Assembly: GCF_030684315.1 (NCBI RefSeq)
Contig: NC_081362.1
Location: forward strand, 16,734,589 to 16,798,588
Direction of reading: 5' to 3'
DNA: 64,000 nt
From: Stegostoma tigrinum
Lineage: Eukaryota
The notes below the pieces were generated by a model, which searched no databases, was not told the DNA's origin, and was given only the letters and a program-made list of their open reading frames with translations. The first letter of the stretch is position 1. The number at the start of each line of letters is the position of its first letter. The position numbers and the translations under genes were made by a program. Below are positions 39,320 through 51,620 of the stretch, piece by piece.

Positions 39320-39420
39320 AGTAAAACAGAAGTTGTTTGAAAAGCTCAGCAGGTCTGGCAGCATCTGTGAAGAAAATATCAGAGTTAACATTTTGGGTCC
39401 AGTGACCCTTCCCCAGAACT
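39320..39420 (-). mobile_element. Penelope-derived mini element, decayed hammerhead
   Basis: Minus strand: agttctggggaagggtcactggacccaaaatgttaactct. Confidence 0.75.
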
Positions 39421-41429
39421 CAAAAGCAAAACTTTGAGTTTTTGGAGGTCTGGCATCATTACACTTCCCTCTGTTTCCTGCTAGGTATGTTTAAATCTTG
39501 GCTCTGCAATGCAGAACAAACTGAACTTACTGGGAATGACTCACTTTATACTGTCTCTAATATCAAGAAAAAAAAGTGTATTTTAACTAGAGTAGCACTA
39601 TAAGAGGTCTCATGCTTTTGCCAGAATGGAAGAGAAACTGTAGTTGCTCCTGACATACCATTTCGCTATTTAAAACAAGTAGTAATTGGTCCAAATGGTA
39701 AAATCTTCAGATTGCTGAAGACTAGATGTATGGACCAGGAAGCCCCTATGCAGAAGTTCTGAGTTAATGTAGGTTGCTCAAGTAGGATGGACTTAAAACT
39801 GGCAATTCCCTGCACTCCTGGAACCTCCAAACAGATCTCTAACTTTGAACTGGAATCAGTGAATCAAACAGTTCTGATGTGCTAACCTTGATAGTATTTG
39901 GGAAATATTAGAAAACTAATTCCAGATGTAACTCCAATATGACTGACCCAGAGTTACAATTATTACCCCACCCTCTACCCTATCTCTCGACATTACCTGA
40001 TGAACCATCCAATCCACATTACTAGTCCATTCAATGACTATTCTCTGACCAGCCAACCCCACCCAACCTGCTCCTAAGATGCTGCTTGGCCTGCTGTGTT
40101 CACCCAGTTCTACACCTTGTTATCTCAGATTCTCCAGCATCTGCAGTTCCTTGATTATCACCAAACCTCCTTGACAACTGTTCACCCCACTCACCTGTGA
40201 TCTGTCCAAACCTCAACTCTACCCATTTACTTCACTCACTTAACTACTCATTCCTTCACTCTGAACGTTTAAACTTATATTATAGAACATAGAACAGTAC
40301 AGCACAGAACAGGCCCTTCAGCCCACAATGTTGTGCCGACAAATGACAGCTAGTGTTGTATAAACAGGGCATGCCTTGTTTCCTCTCCCCTAATGCTTCT
40401 GTGCTGCTTCAATTGAAGGTTTGCTCAATGTTTCTGAAGAATTTGGGATCCAAATTCTTGGCTGAAAATGCAGAGCTGCATAGGGGTGGAGTAAAGTAAA
40501 AGAGTTGTGGCAATCCGATATCAATAACAGCACAGCAGGAGATTTTGGTCACTGTTCAAGGCACTAATTGCCTTATCTGAGGGATCCTGTCCCTTCAAAT
40601 CACAAGCTATTGACAGAGAAAACTCTCTTTTGTGCAGGTTTAAAGCAGATTAAAACTTGCCTTACGTACATTAAATGTTTGCTTTCATCCTAACCTCAGA
40701 AGAACACCTTTACTATGGCAGCGTATCACTTTTATTTCTCACAGAAGTCATCCTCTTCGTAATTTCTCTGAGTGAGGTTAGACACAGTTTTTTGTGACAG
40801 AAGCACATCATTTTACAAAGATGATTCAGGTCAGATTATTTCAGCCAGCAGACAGAGGAAGCTTTCATTCCATATATTTATACTGGATTCAAATCCTGGA
40901 TCTAGAGGTGAAAGGACAGACTGCTGAACTATAGTGCCACTCAACCCACAAAGCCGATGCTTCTATTTATGTTCAAAGCTCCAGTAGCAAGGCACAGTAC
41001 TGAATAACTAGAAGCAATTACAATCGAATAATCTGGTTAAATGGTACATATAATGTTGAAAGCTGTGAGGATGAAAACATTACACTCATTTGAATCCCAA
41101 ATCACACCATGTTTAATATTTACACTGGATGGAGCTTTAATTGTAAGGGATTGTTTTATTTTCTTTGAAGCCCATATTTATACAAGCAATACCAAACATA
41201 TTGGATGAGAATTAAAGTACTGATTTTTTTCTCACTGTTAATGCAAGGTAATACCACAACTGTATAATTGTTACTACGTTTGCTATTTTAGTAGAAAATA
41301 ATATTACATTCTAGCATAAAAATGGTGCAGTGAGAATACACAATAGAAGATGAAAAAGGCTATCAATAAGTGGGAAAACATGACTTAACTGAAGTACATC
41401 TAAAACATTCCAGGTGTTGTTAATCTGAG

Positions 41430-42320
41430 ATAAAAACAGAAAATGCAAGAAACACTCAGCAGGTTAGGAAGCATCAATGGACTGAAATATTTAATATTTA
41501 AGAGTGTTGTTTTTTTTAATAAGAACTGGGAAAAAGTATAGGTTCTAACAATTTATAAACAAGTGCAGAGCCAGGGAAAGGAGGGGGTAATGGGTTTGTG
41601 AGGGGCAAGTTGAGAAAAATCTGAGCTTGGGAGAAGGACGGGGTAATTAAATGGACAGAAAGGAAGGAAGTGCAAAGTAACAGGACAAATAAAGAAGCAA
41701 ATGATCCATGGGGTGTAAATATGGTAATAACTGCTGACTGTGATAATGTGAGCTGTGGTTATAATCTAAGGATATTAAACCGAAAGCTGATTCTGAATGG
41801 AAATCACTTGCTGAAAGATGAGCTTATGCCAAGTTTCACTGGAGCAACTGATGGAAGCGCAGGACAGAAAGGGATGAATAATTATAATGGCAAGGGACTA
41901 GAAATTCAGGTTCATGCTTGGTGACTGAATAGTGGTGTTCAGAAAAGCAATCATCCATTCTGCGTTTGGTCTCCTCAGTTTAGAGAAGACCACTTTGTTA
42001 GTAATCAGTACTAAATCCTAAATTGGAATAAATTGCTCGTTCAGTTGGAAGGGGTATTTAGTGCCTGTGACACCAGGAAGGAAGGAAATGAAAGGACAGA
42101 TGTTGCATCTCTTGGACTTGCAAGGGAAGAAGCATGTGAGTGATCCAGGGTGTTCCAGAGAAACAACTTAGAACAGGGATTTTTTCTTTGCTCATATACA
42201 TTTCATTGACTCCAGTTTCTTCAAAATTATTCCTAAATTATTCCAGCTCTGATAAAAGGACATTGAACTAAAACATTAACTTTGTTTTTTACCCCCAGAT
42301 AATCGCTGAATATTGCTGTT
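41430..42320 (-). mobile_element. Old Penelope-like 3' region (minus) followed by an inverted tail copy
   Basis: Tail at 41430-41500; GIY-YIG-like remnant gtttggtctcctcagtttagagaagacca (~41965); plus-strand ctgataaaaggacattgaactaaaacattaac (~42249). Confidence 0.6.
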
Positions 42321-44647
42321 TATCTTTTACAATATTGACAAATGTTATTTGATCTGAAGGAAGCGCTTAATGGGTTACCCATAGTAATTAAGTGGCATTT
42401 TTAGCAATTCTGCAAATTCTTTCAAAGTCAAACATAATTTTAAGAAGTAAATATCAATTACCATATTTTGTACCAAACTAAATAATTCTGCTGCTTAGAA
42501 TTGTTTCTACAAAATGACGATGCTAGTAACTTGGGAAAGAGATAGTGCCACTGCTTCAAGTATAAAAATGAGTAATAATAGGAAGCGTAAAACACATTTT
42601 CTAAAAGAAGAGCTAGAAACAGTGAAAATCAAAAGATAGCTATGGAGTCATGGAGATGTACAGCATGAAAACAGACCTTTCGGTCCAACTCATCCACGCC
42701 AACCAGATATCCTAGATAAATCTAGCCCCATCTGCCAGCATTTGGCTCGTATCCCTTTAAACCCTTCCTATTCATGTATTCATCCAGATGCCTTTTAAAT
42801 ATTGTGTGAGACTCCATCACTTCCTCTGGCAGCTCATTCCATACATGAACCACCCTCAGCGTGAAAAAGTTGCCCCTTTTAAATATCCCCTCTCACCTTA
42901 AACCTATGCCTCTAATTTTAGATCCCCTACCCTGGGAAAAACACCTTGTCTATCCACCCTATCCAGGCCCCCCATAATTTTATAAATCTCTATAGGATGA
43001 CCCCCCAGTCTCTGACGCTGAAGGGGAAGTAGCCCAGCCTATTCAGACTGTCCCTATAGCTCAAACCCCCAAAAAAATAGTGGACGGAAGAGAATCTTGG
43101 CTGTAAGAGTTGTTTTGTATTGAGGTTTTTTTCCAGTGCTGGAGCTGATTTCTTCACTTTCTCGAAGTGGTACTTTTGGTTTTTATACGTTTTTGCTTTG
43201 ATTTTGGAACTTTTAAAAGAAGATCAAAAATGATGATACTTTAAACAGGAGGAAGGTGAGAGAGAAGGAGGAAGTTTCAGGAGGGACCACGTGGGAGGCC
43301 GGAGAATGGCTCGTGAGTTCAACAAAAAAAATCAAAAGGAAGATACTTAGCGTTCATGTGCATTGATTATTAAAATTTTATAAACAGGTATTCTAAATTA
43401 TTAGAAGTTTTAATGGAATGTGAGCCTTTCTATCTAAGGGACTGGAATTCCACAGCAGAAAGGTTGAACATAAGTGGACATCTTTTAAGGTGATTGGCGA
43501 AAAAACCTTAGGCAACATATGGAAAAGCTTTTAACACAATCTGGAATTCACTGCCTGAAAAGGTATTGGAGGCAGATTCAGTTGCAGCTTTCAGGAATTT
43601 GGATAAAAATCTGAGGGAAAAAATGCAGGCTAATGGGAATGTGCAGGAGAGCAGGAAGTAGCAAAATTGCTCTTGCAAGGAGCTGCCACAAGCTTAAGGG
43701 GCCCAACAACTCTCTTCAATGCTATTACCATTTCATGAAGTCATGCTGCAGTTATGCAAAACCCTGGTTAGATTGCATTAGAGTTATACAGCTTGGAAAC
43801 AGACCCTTCAGCCCAACCTGTCCATGCTGAATGTAATCCCCAACTAAATTAGTTCCACCTGTTTGTTGCTGGCCCATTTCCCTCCAAACCTTTCCTGTTC
43901 ATGTATTTATCCAAATGTCTTTTAAGTATTGTAATTATGCCCATATCCTCCACTTCCTTTGGAAGTTCATTCCACATGTGAAGCATCCTCTGTGTAAAAA
44001 AAAGTCCCTCATGTCTTTTATAAATGTCTCTCCTCTCACCTTAAAAATGTGACCTCAATCTTGAAAACCCCAACCTAGGGAAAAGACCTTATCTATACCC
44101 CTCAGGATTTTATAAACTTCTATAAGTTCACATTCCAACCTCCTGTGCACCCGTGAAAAAAGCCCCAGCCTATCCAACCTTCCTTTATTAACTCAGACCT
44201 TCCATACCCAGCAACATCCTGGTAAAACTCTTCTGAACTCACTCCAGCTTAACAACTGGATGATCAGAACTGGACACAGTACTCTAGAAAATGCCTCATC
44301 ATTGTCCCGTACAACCTCAACATGACTTTCCAACTCCCATACGCGAAGAGCTGAGCAATGAAAGTAAGCGTGCTAAATGCCTTTTTAATCATCCCGCCTG
44401 TATGTGATGCAAACTTCAAAGAATTATATTACCTGCGCCCCTAGATCCGTCTGCTCTACAACACTACTCAAGATCCTGCCATAAATATAAGCCCAACTTT
44501 TGTTTGTTGTACCAAAATGCAATACCCAGCATTCATCCAGATTAGGTTATCCATTTTTCAGCCCATTTACCCATTTGATCTTGTGCAATTTTGGACACAC
44601 AATACTTCAGGAAGGATATCTTTACCTCCAAAGAAGTAGCTTAGATT

Positions 44648-44940
44648 TTAGCTCAATGGTTAGCACTGCTGTCTCAGAGTGCCAGGGCCCAGGGTTTGAT
44701 TCAACCCTTGGGCAACTGTCTATGTGGAGTTTACACATTGTCCTTGTCTGCATGGGTTTCCCCTGAGTGCTCCAGTTTCATCCCATAGTCCAAAGATGTG
44801 CACAGTAGGTGGATTGACCATGCTAAATTGCCCGTAGTGTTCAGTGATGTGTAGATTAGGTGGGTTACTGGGTGGGATGCTCTGAAAGTTGGTGTGGACT
44901 TGTTGGGCCAAAGGGTCTGTTTCCACGTAGATTCTATTAT
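44648..44940 (+). mobile_element. HE1-type SINE
   Basis: tagctcaatggttagcactgctgtctcagagtgccaggg head and family core. Confidence 0.88.
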
Positions 44941-45234
44941 CTGTGAAAATACCTAGACTCCCAAGCGTTAAACTGCAAGAGTCTCAAACTAGGATAAAAC
45001 ATGTTTTGAGTTCAAAAGAAGAGCCAGACTGGACTAAAAATGTTAACTCCATTTCTCTTTCCACAGATGCCGTCAGACCTGCTGAGTTTCTCCAGTACTC
45101 TGTTTATATTTCAGATTTCCAGCATCCACAGTATTTTGCTTCAAAAGAAACAAGGTTTTTTTTACAGGAATAGTGATAAATATTTCTTCTGACTGGGAAA
45201 TCCAGGTGAATCACAGAATAAAATAGTAGAACTT

Positions 45235-45960
45235 TTTAGTACATAAGGAGACCATTCAACCCATCATGTCTGTAATGGATCCCGAAAAAGCTACTCATTC
45301 TCTAGCCCTATCTCCATAGCCCTCGAAATTAATTACTTTCAAATACACATGCAGCTCTCTTTGAAACATCATACAGAATCTGCCTCCACGACTCTCCGGA
45401 GCAGCGCATTCCAAATCCTGACAACTCCCACAGTAAAGATGTTGCTCCATGCCTCACTCCTAGCTGTGCTGCTGACATTCTTCAAGTTATGAATCCCAGT
45501 TACTGACATGCCAACTAGTGGTAACAGAATTGCTTTCTTTATTCTGTCAAAATTGTCCATTATTTTGAACACCTCAGTCATGTCACCTGTTAATCTTGTG
45601 GGCTCCAAGGAGAATAAACCCAATTTCCCTAATCTTCCTTTGTATCTAAAATCTCTCATTCCTGGTATCATTCTTGTAAATCTCCTTTATACTGTCTCCA
45701 GGGCTTGAACATCCTTCCTTAAATAAGGTACCCAGAACTGAATACACTGCTCCAAATGTGTTCTGACCAATGATTTGTAGAGGTGTAAAATCACTTTCTT
45801 ACTTTTCTACTCTATGGCTCCATTTATGAAGTCAAGGATCCTGTGTCTTCTTTACAACTGTTTCAACTTGCACAGCCACCTTAGAGAACAATGCACGTGA
45901 ACCCCTAAGTTCTTCTGTACCTGTACTCCCCTCAAAGTTGTTCCATTGAGCTTGTATTGT
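45235..45960 (-). mobile_element. CR1 3' fragment
   Basis: MIPGMRDFRYKGRLGKLGLFSLE...VRIWNAL (track 45369..45671). Confidence 0.88.
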
Positions 45961-46134
45961 ATTGTCTCTCTGTGTTACCTCACATCTCTCTGTGAGAAGT
46001 ATACATAGCGTAGATGTTAGAGCCCAACCTTTCATAAGTGAACTTCTGAAACACTTGATGATAGAAGTCTGCAACTCACACCACGAATGGAAATTGACGC
46101 TGGGTCAATACTTAATATCAAAACTGCAATTGTT

Positions 46135-46470
46135 AGTTTATTTTTGTTCATAAGATGTGGGCGTCACTGGCAAGAACAGCATTTACTGCACATGCAGTTG
46201 CCATTAAGTGAGTGGGTTGCTGGGTCATTTCACAGGGCACTGTAGGATTACCCACTTTGTTGTGGTTGTGGAGTCGCCTACAGGTTAGGTGATTTTTTTT
46301 GTGTGACAGTTCAGTAGTTACAAGGTAACTATTACTAGATTTTTGTACAAGATTTGTCCAGTAACCTATGCTCTGTTATGAACTTATATTTGGCGGCTCC
46401 CAAGGCTAAATTTAAACCCTGTCTCTAGGTTAATAGTCCAGGCCTCTAGATTACTAATCCAGACACTAAC
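46135..46470 (-). mobile_element. Degraded SINE with the same LINE-derived tail as 5889-6245
   Basis: gatgtgggcgtcactggcaagaacagcatttactgc is the reverse complement of the tail; head-like gattactaatccag at ~46450. Confidence 0.55.
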
Positions 46471-47119
46471 AGTGTATATATGGACCATATTGATCTGAAA
46501 TTAGTCATGACCTTATTGAATGGTAGAACAAGCCCGAGTTACTAAATGACCTAGTTTTGTTCCTCTGTTCATAATTTGGATTGTTCAGGAAAAGCTGTGA
46601 CTTGAGTCATTAAAACACTAATATTTTCTGGACTTGATTTTGGTCTTGTTACACTGCTTTTTCTGTATTTGCGCATAATAGAAATGAACAGGTTAGCGTT
46701 CTTTTTAAATGCTGGATCTTGTGTTTTCCAGTGTTTATACAATACATTGTCTACAATGGTAAATATTAAAACTCTGCTTTGGTGCAGACCAGAAGTTGGA
46801 AAAACATTTTGAAGTCAGATGGGCAATTCAAGGTGATTGAGATTTTCCAGTGATTCAATTTAATGACAGACGTGTATCAGCAATGTTAAAAATTCAATAT
46901 GGTGAGCTGTCTGCACAGTTATGCAATCTGCAATTTTGTGAGAGTCTACACATATGCAACAGTATGGAATAATGAATTACAAAAGCACCATGTGTAAAAA
47001 AACAAACTTTCTGCTGGTGACAACTTAATATTAGACATACATTCATGCTGCATGAAATCTAGAAAGAACCATGATCAGATGAATATACCTGAAGAATGCA
47101 AATCTTTTGAACCCTGTAG

Positions 47120-47236
47120 GTGATTAATGAAAAGTTACAACATTGTACTGAACTAACAGACTTGATGAGAAACCATCTAAGTGAGAAACATGGACTACGT
47201 CTTGAGTGGATGATCGTGATCCTCATTTCTATTGAA
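47120..47236 (+). CDS. RMND1: RMND1 coding exon: [39 protein letters not shown]
   Basis: tgtag|GTG...GAA|gtagg, 117 nt; LEWMIVILI hydrophobic segment. Confidence 0.98.
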
Positions 47237-48026
47237 GTAGGTCATTCAGCTGCTAAGACCAATTTTGTTATCTCATTTTTCAGGGTTGTCAATTCAAGGT
47301 TGTCAAAATAACCTAAAGCTAACTATTGTTACAGATCCTGTATAAAACGTTTACAATTTCTGTTTGTCGCACTTATTAGGTGAGGCTTATTGGTGGAGTA
47401 GACAACTTTCAACCTTGTGTACCTACGTGGCACCATGCATCACTATGTTGAGTGTAGGGTGAGCCATACAGCGCTCTCTTCGCTCCAGCCTTTCAGTGAG
47501 CCTTTGCACTAAACTGAAGAGTATTCTCTGATGCACCAGTGTGAAATTTTCTCTTTCCCACACCAGCTGTCCTCCACGCCTCGCCAAGAAACAACCTCAG
47601 TGGTGCCAAATTCTTAGCAGACCCACGAATAGTTTGAGGTGGGTCAAACCCATTTCACTCAATCCCTCAGAGTCAAATGTGACTCCCATTACAAGATTCA
47701 GCATTTTAATAGCCAGTAGTGAGAGGAAATTTTCATTCTATCAGTCTAGGCTAAATTGTAAACCTGGTTAAGAGTGTTAAACGTGTTCATTTCCATCTTA
47801 TCATAACTTTTACTGTACTTGTAGATTATTGTGTACCTACAAGTTAGCAATGATGATATCTTGTAATAAAACAGATATCTGCCCTTTGCATAAGTCAGTC
47901 ATTTAGATTTTGAAATGTTTTTATTTTAAAAATTGAAGCATAACCTGTGTGCCTCTGTCTAAGATAATAACATGTGAGGCTGGATGAACACAGCAGGCCC
48001 AGCAGCATCTCAGGAGCACAAAAGCT

Positions 48027-48054
48027 GACGTTTCGGGCCTAGACCCTTCATCAG
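48027..48054 (-). ncRNA. Minimal hammerhead ribozyme motif (antisense arm)
   Basis: gacgtttcgggcctagacccttcatcag is the reverse complement of CTGATGAAGGGTCTAGGCCCGAAACGTC. Confidence 0.75.
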
Positions 48055-48795
48055 AGAGGGGGATGGGGTGAGGGAACTGGAAGAAATAGGGAGGGAGGGG
48101 GAGGCGGACCGAAGATGGAGAGTAAAGAAGATAGGTGGAGAGAGTATAGGTGGGGAGGTAGGGAGGGGATAGGTCAGTCCAGGGAAGACGGACAGGTCAA
48201 GGAGGTGGGATGAGGCTAGTAGGTAGCTGGGGGTGCGGCTTGGGGTGGGAGGAAGGGATGGGTGAGAGGAAGAACCGGTTAGGGAGGCAGAGACAGGTTG
48301 GACTGGTTTTGGGATGCAGTGGGTGGAGGGGAAGAGCTGGGCTGGTTGTGTGGTGCAGTGGGGGGAGGGGACGAACTGGGCTGGTTTAGGGTTGCAGTTG
48401 GGGAAGGGGAGATTTTGAAACTGGTGAAGTCCACATTGATACCATTAGGCTGCAGGGTTCCCAGGCGGAATATGAGTTGCTGTTCCTGCAACCTTCGGGT
48501 GACATCATTGTGGCACTGCAGGAGGCCCATGATGGACATGTCATCTAAAGAATGGGAGGGGAAGTGGAAATGGTTTGCGACTGGGAGGTGCAGTTGTTTG
48601 TTGCGAACTGAGCGGAGGTGTTCTGCAAAGCGGTGTCCAAGCCTCCGCTTGGTTTCCCCAATGTAGAGGAAGCCACACCGGGTACAGTGGATGCAGTATA
48701 CCACATTGGCAGATGTGCAGGTGAACCTCTGCTTAATGTGGAATGTCATCTTGGGGCCTGGGATAGGGGTGAGGGAGGAGCTGTGGGGGCAAGTT

Positions 48796-48948
48796 GACAT
48801 CTGGGATGTCCAAGTTCTTCAAGGCGCACATCCCAGATGTCCAAGTTCTTCAAGCCGCACATCCCAGATGTCCAAGTTCTTCAAGACGCACATCCCAGAT
48901 GTCCAAGTTCTTCAAGGCGCACATCCCAGATGTCCAAGTTCTTCAAGG
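48796..48948 (+). repeat. Five tandem units, period 31 nt (cgcacatcccagatgtccaagttcttcaagN); first unit partial and partly inverted
   Basis: gatgtccaagttcttcaag starts at 48805, 48836, 48867, 48898 and 48929. Confidence 0.97.
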
Positions 48949-49799
48949 ACTGCAACTTTCCCCCCACAGTGATCGAGAACGCCCTTGACCGCGTCTCCCG
49001 TATTTCCCGCAACACATCCCTCACACCCCGCCCCTGCCACAACCGCCCAAAGAGGATCCCCCTCGTTCACACACACCACCCTACCAACCTCCGGATACGA
49101 CGCATCATCCTCCGACACTTTCGCCATTTACAATCCGACCCCACCACCCAAGACATTTTTCCATCCCCACCCTTGTCTGCTTTCCGGAGTGACCACTCTC
49201 TCCGTGACTCCCTTGTTCGCTCCACACTGCCCTCCAACCCCACCACACCCGGCACCTTCCCCTGCAACCGCAGGAAATGCTACACTTGCCCCCACACCTC
49301 CTCCCTCACCCCTATCCCAGGCCCCAAGATGACATTCCACATTAAGCAGAGGTTCACCTGCACATCTGCCAATGTGGTATACTGCATCCACTGTACCCGG
49401 TGTGGCTTCCTCTACATTGGGGAAACCAAGCGGAGGCTTGGACACCGCTTTGCAGAACACCTCCGCTCAGTTCGCAACAAACAACTGCACCTCCCAGTCG
49501 CAAACCATTTCCACTTCCCCTCCCATTCTTTAGATGACACGTCCATCATGGGCCTCCTGCAGTGCCACAATGATGCCACCCGAAGGTTGCAGGAACAGCA
49601 ACTCATATTCCGCCTGGGAACCCTGCAGCCTAATGGTATCAATGTGGACTTCACCAGTTTCAAAATCTCCCCTTTCCCTACTGCATCCCTAAACCAGCCC
49701 AGTTCGTCCCCTCCCCCCACTGCACCACACAACCAGCCCAGCTCTTCCTCCGCACCCACTGCATCCCAAAACCAGTCCAACCTGTCTCTGCCTCCCTAA
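48929..49799 (+). CDS. C-terminal part of the Penelope-like ORF (linker with Cys/His motif plus GIY-YIG endonuclease); RT missing
   Basis: PCNRRKCYTC...NVVYCIHCTRCGFLYIGETKRRLGHRFAEH...VANHF...EQQLIFRLGTLQPNGIN, open frame; the start at 48837 is an artefact of the tandem repeats. Confidence 0.9.
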
Positions 49800-50005
49800 C
49801 CGGTTCTTCCTCCCACCCCAAGCCGCACCCCCATCTACCTACTAACCTCATCCCACCTCCTTGACCTGTCCGTCTTCCCTGGACTGACCTATCCCCTCCC
49901 TACCTCCCCACCTATACTCTCTCCACCTATCTTCTTTACTCTCCATCTTCGGTCTGCCTCCCCCCTCTCCCTATTTATTCTAGTTCCCTCTCCCCATCCC
50001 CCTCT

Positions 50006-50033
50006 CTGATGAAGGGTCTAGGCCCGAAACGTC
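50006..50033 (+). ncRNA. Minimal hammerhead ribozyme motif (sense arm)
   Basis: CTGATGAAGGGTCTAGGCCCGAAACGTC in the 3' repeat of a GIY-YIG element, the established location for Penelope hammerheads. Confidence 0.78.
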
Positions 50034-51049
50034 AGCTTTTGTGCTCCTGAGATGCTGCTTGGCCTGCTGTGTTCATCCAGCCTCACATTTTATTATCTTG
50101 GAATTCTCCAGCATCTGCAGTTCCCATTATCTCTGCCTCTGTCTAAGTCTCTTTTACATCCTATGATCTGTATGTCCTTGCAAACTATATACTGCTCGTG
50201 AACAAAGCTTTTCACAGTACTTAGGTACATGTGACAATAAATAAATCAAAATCAAGTCAAATATGCAACACACCTACTAATATTTTTCCTCCTGCATGGA
50301 CCCCTGGGCAGTGGCTTCCAGAACCAGAAGTCATTGCAAGGAACAGTGTCAGTGCGCCAAGCAATGTGCATGGATCCTCAGAGTGTCAGTGTGGCCATAT
50401 AGCCTGGAGGAAACTCTGCCAATACATTGGTTTTGCAAAATATCTTTTTTGCATCATCGAATAATTGAATATCCTTTGTAATGGATGTGGCTTCAAAACC
50501 ATCAAAGGCGGAAAAAAATCAAATACTAAATATTTAATCCTAAGACAGGCAAATACTCATATCACCTTTCCTTCCTTGGGTAAAAAAACAAAATGATACT
50601 ATAGTCTGCAGGCATGAAGCTAAATCTACAGCTGAATCATAAATAATTTTATTAATCCCTCAAACACAGCTCTGAAGATGATGATTATGAATTTCAGCAT
50701 CATGCAATGCGACAGTTTATTTTTAAAAAAGTAACATAAGAGTAATTCCCAATCCCAGCAGGGAGCATTGCTGACAGGAAAGTGAATTGGAGGTTTCACT
50801 TTTATTTACATTGACCTTTCAGCATGGCTTCACTATTGGAAGTTGCTGATAATGTAGCTGAGTTATTTTAATTTCCGAAATGGATCCAATTATCAGCAAT
50901 CAGCAAAAAACAAGGACAAAATCTGTGACTTTTTACTGTACTCTGCAGAATTTTATGGGACAGGTAATTTTGGATTGAACTGCTAGTTTCAAATTCCAAG
51001 CATTCATGTTTTTCTACTAAATGATTGATAATGTCTTGATTGAGTTGTG

Positions 51050-51620
51050 AGTTTGGGGACAGGAGTAGGCCACTCAACCCCTCAAAACTACTCTGCTATT
51101 TAATACAATCATGACTGATTGAACGCTTCAATGCCTTTTACTCACCTCCTTCTTATACCTCTGCATATCATTGGTAATCAGAAATCTATCAATCTGTACC
51201 TTAAACACACTAAAATAAACTAAGCTTTCACAGTCCTGAGTGAGAGAAAATTCACAACTCCAGTAGTGAAAAAAATTCCCCTTCACGCAGACCTTTGTGG
51301 CAATCTCCTTAATTTTATATTAAGCCCCCTGGTTTTAGATACCCCAACCAGTGGAAACATCTTACCTGCATCTACACTGTCCAGCCTTTGAGGATTTTGT
51401 ACATTTCAACAAGATCACCTCTCATGCTTCTAATTCTAAAGGATACAGTTTACCCAATTCCACCTCATAGGACAGTCTTGCTATCCTGTAAAAAGTCTTT
51501 GTCGCACTCCCTCTATGGCAATAATATCTGTCCTGAAATAAGGAGACCAAAACTGCACAGAGTACTCCAGGTGCAGCCTAACTAAGCTCCTACACAATTA
51601 AAGCAAGACTTCACTGCTCT
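51050..51620 (-). mobile_element. CR1 3' fragment containing a Penelope mini insertion at 51622-51725
   Basis: ggagaccaaaactgcacagagtactccaggtg; insertion flanked by gacttcactgctc and gactacactactc. Confidence 0.7.

Larger units (their letters stand above)
47961..50133. mobile_element. Young 5'-truncated Penelope-like retroelement with inverted arms, GIY-YIG endonuclease, two hammerheads and 14-bp TSD
   Basis: 47961-48794 is the reverse complement of 49284-50099; tgcctctgtctaag at 47950-47963 and 50134-50147 (its last bases overlap the element end). Confidence 0.96.

Noticed and set aside
48279-48800. Second independent GIY-YIG gene on the minus strand
   Set aside because: It is the inverted arm of the same insertion, not a separate gene
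48796-48948. CRISPR-like array of ~30-nt repeats
   Set aside because: No spacers (one variable base only), no cas genes, vertebrate context; the unit is a piece of the Penelope ORF
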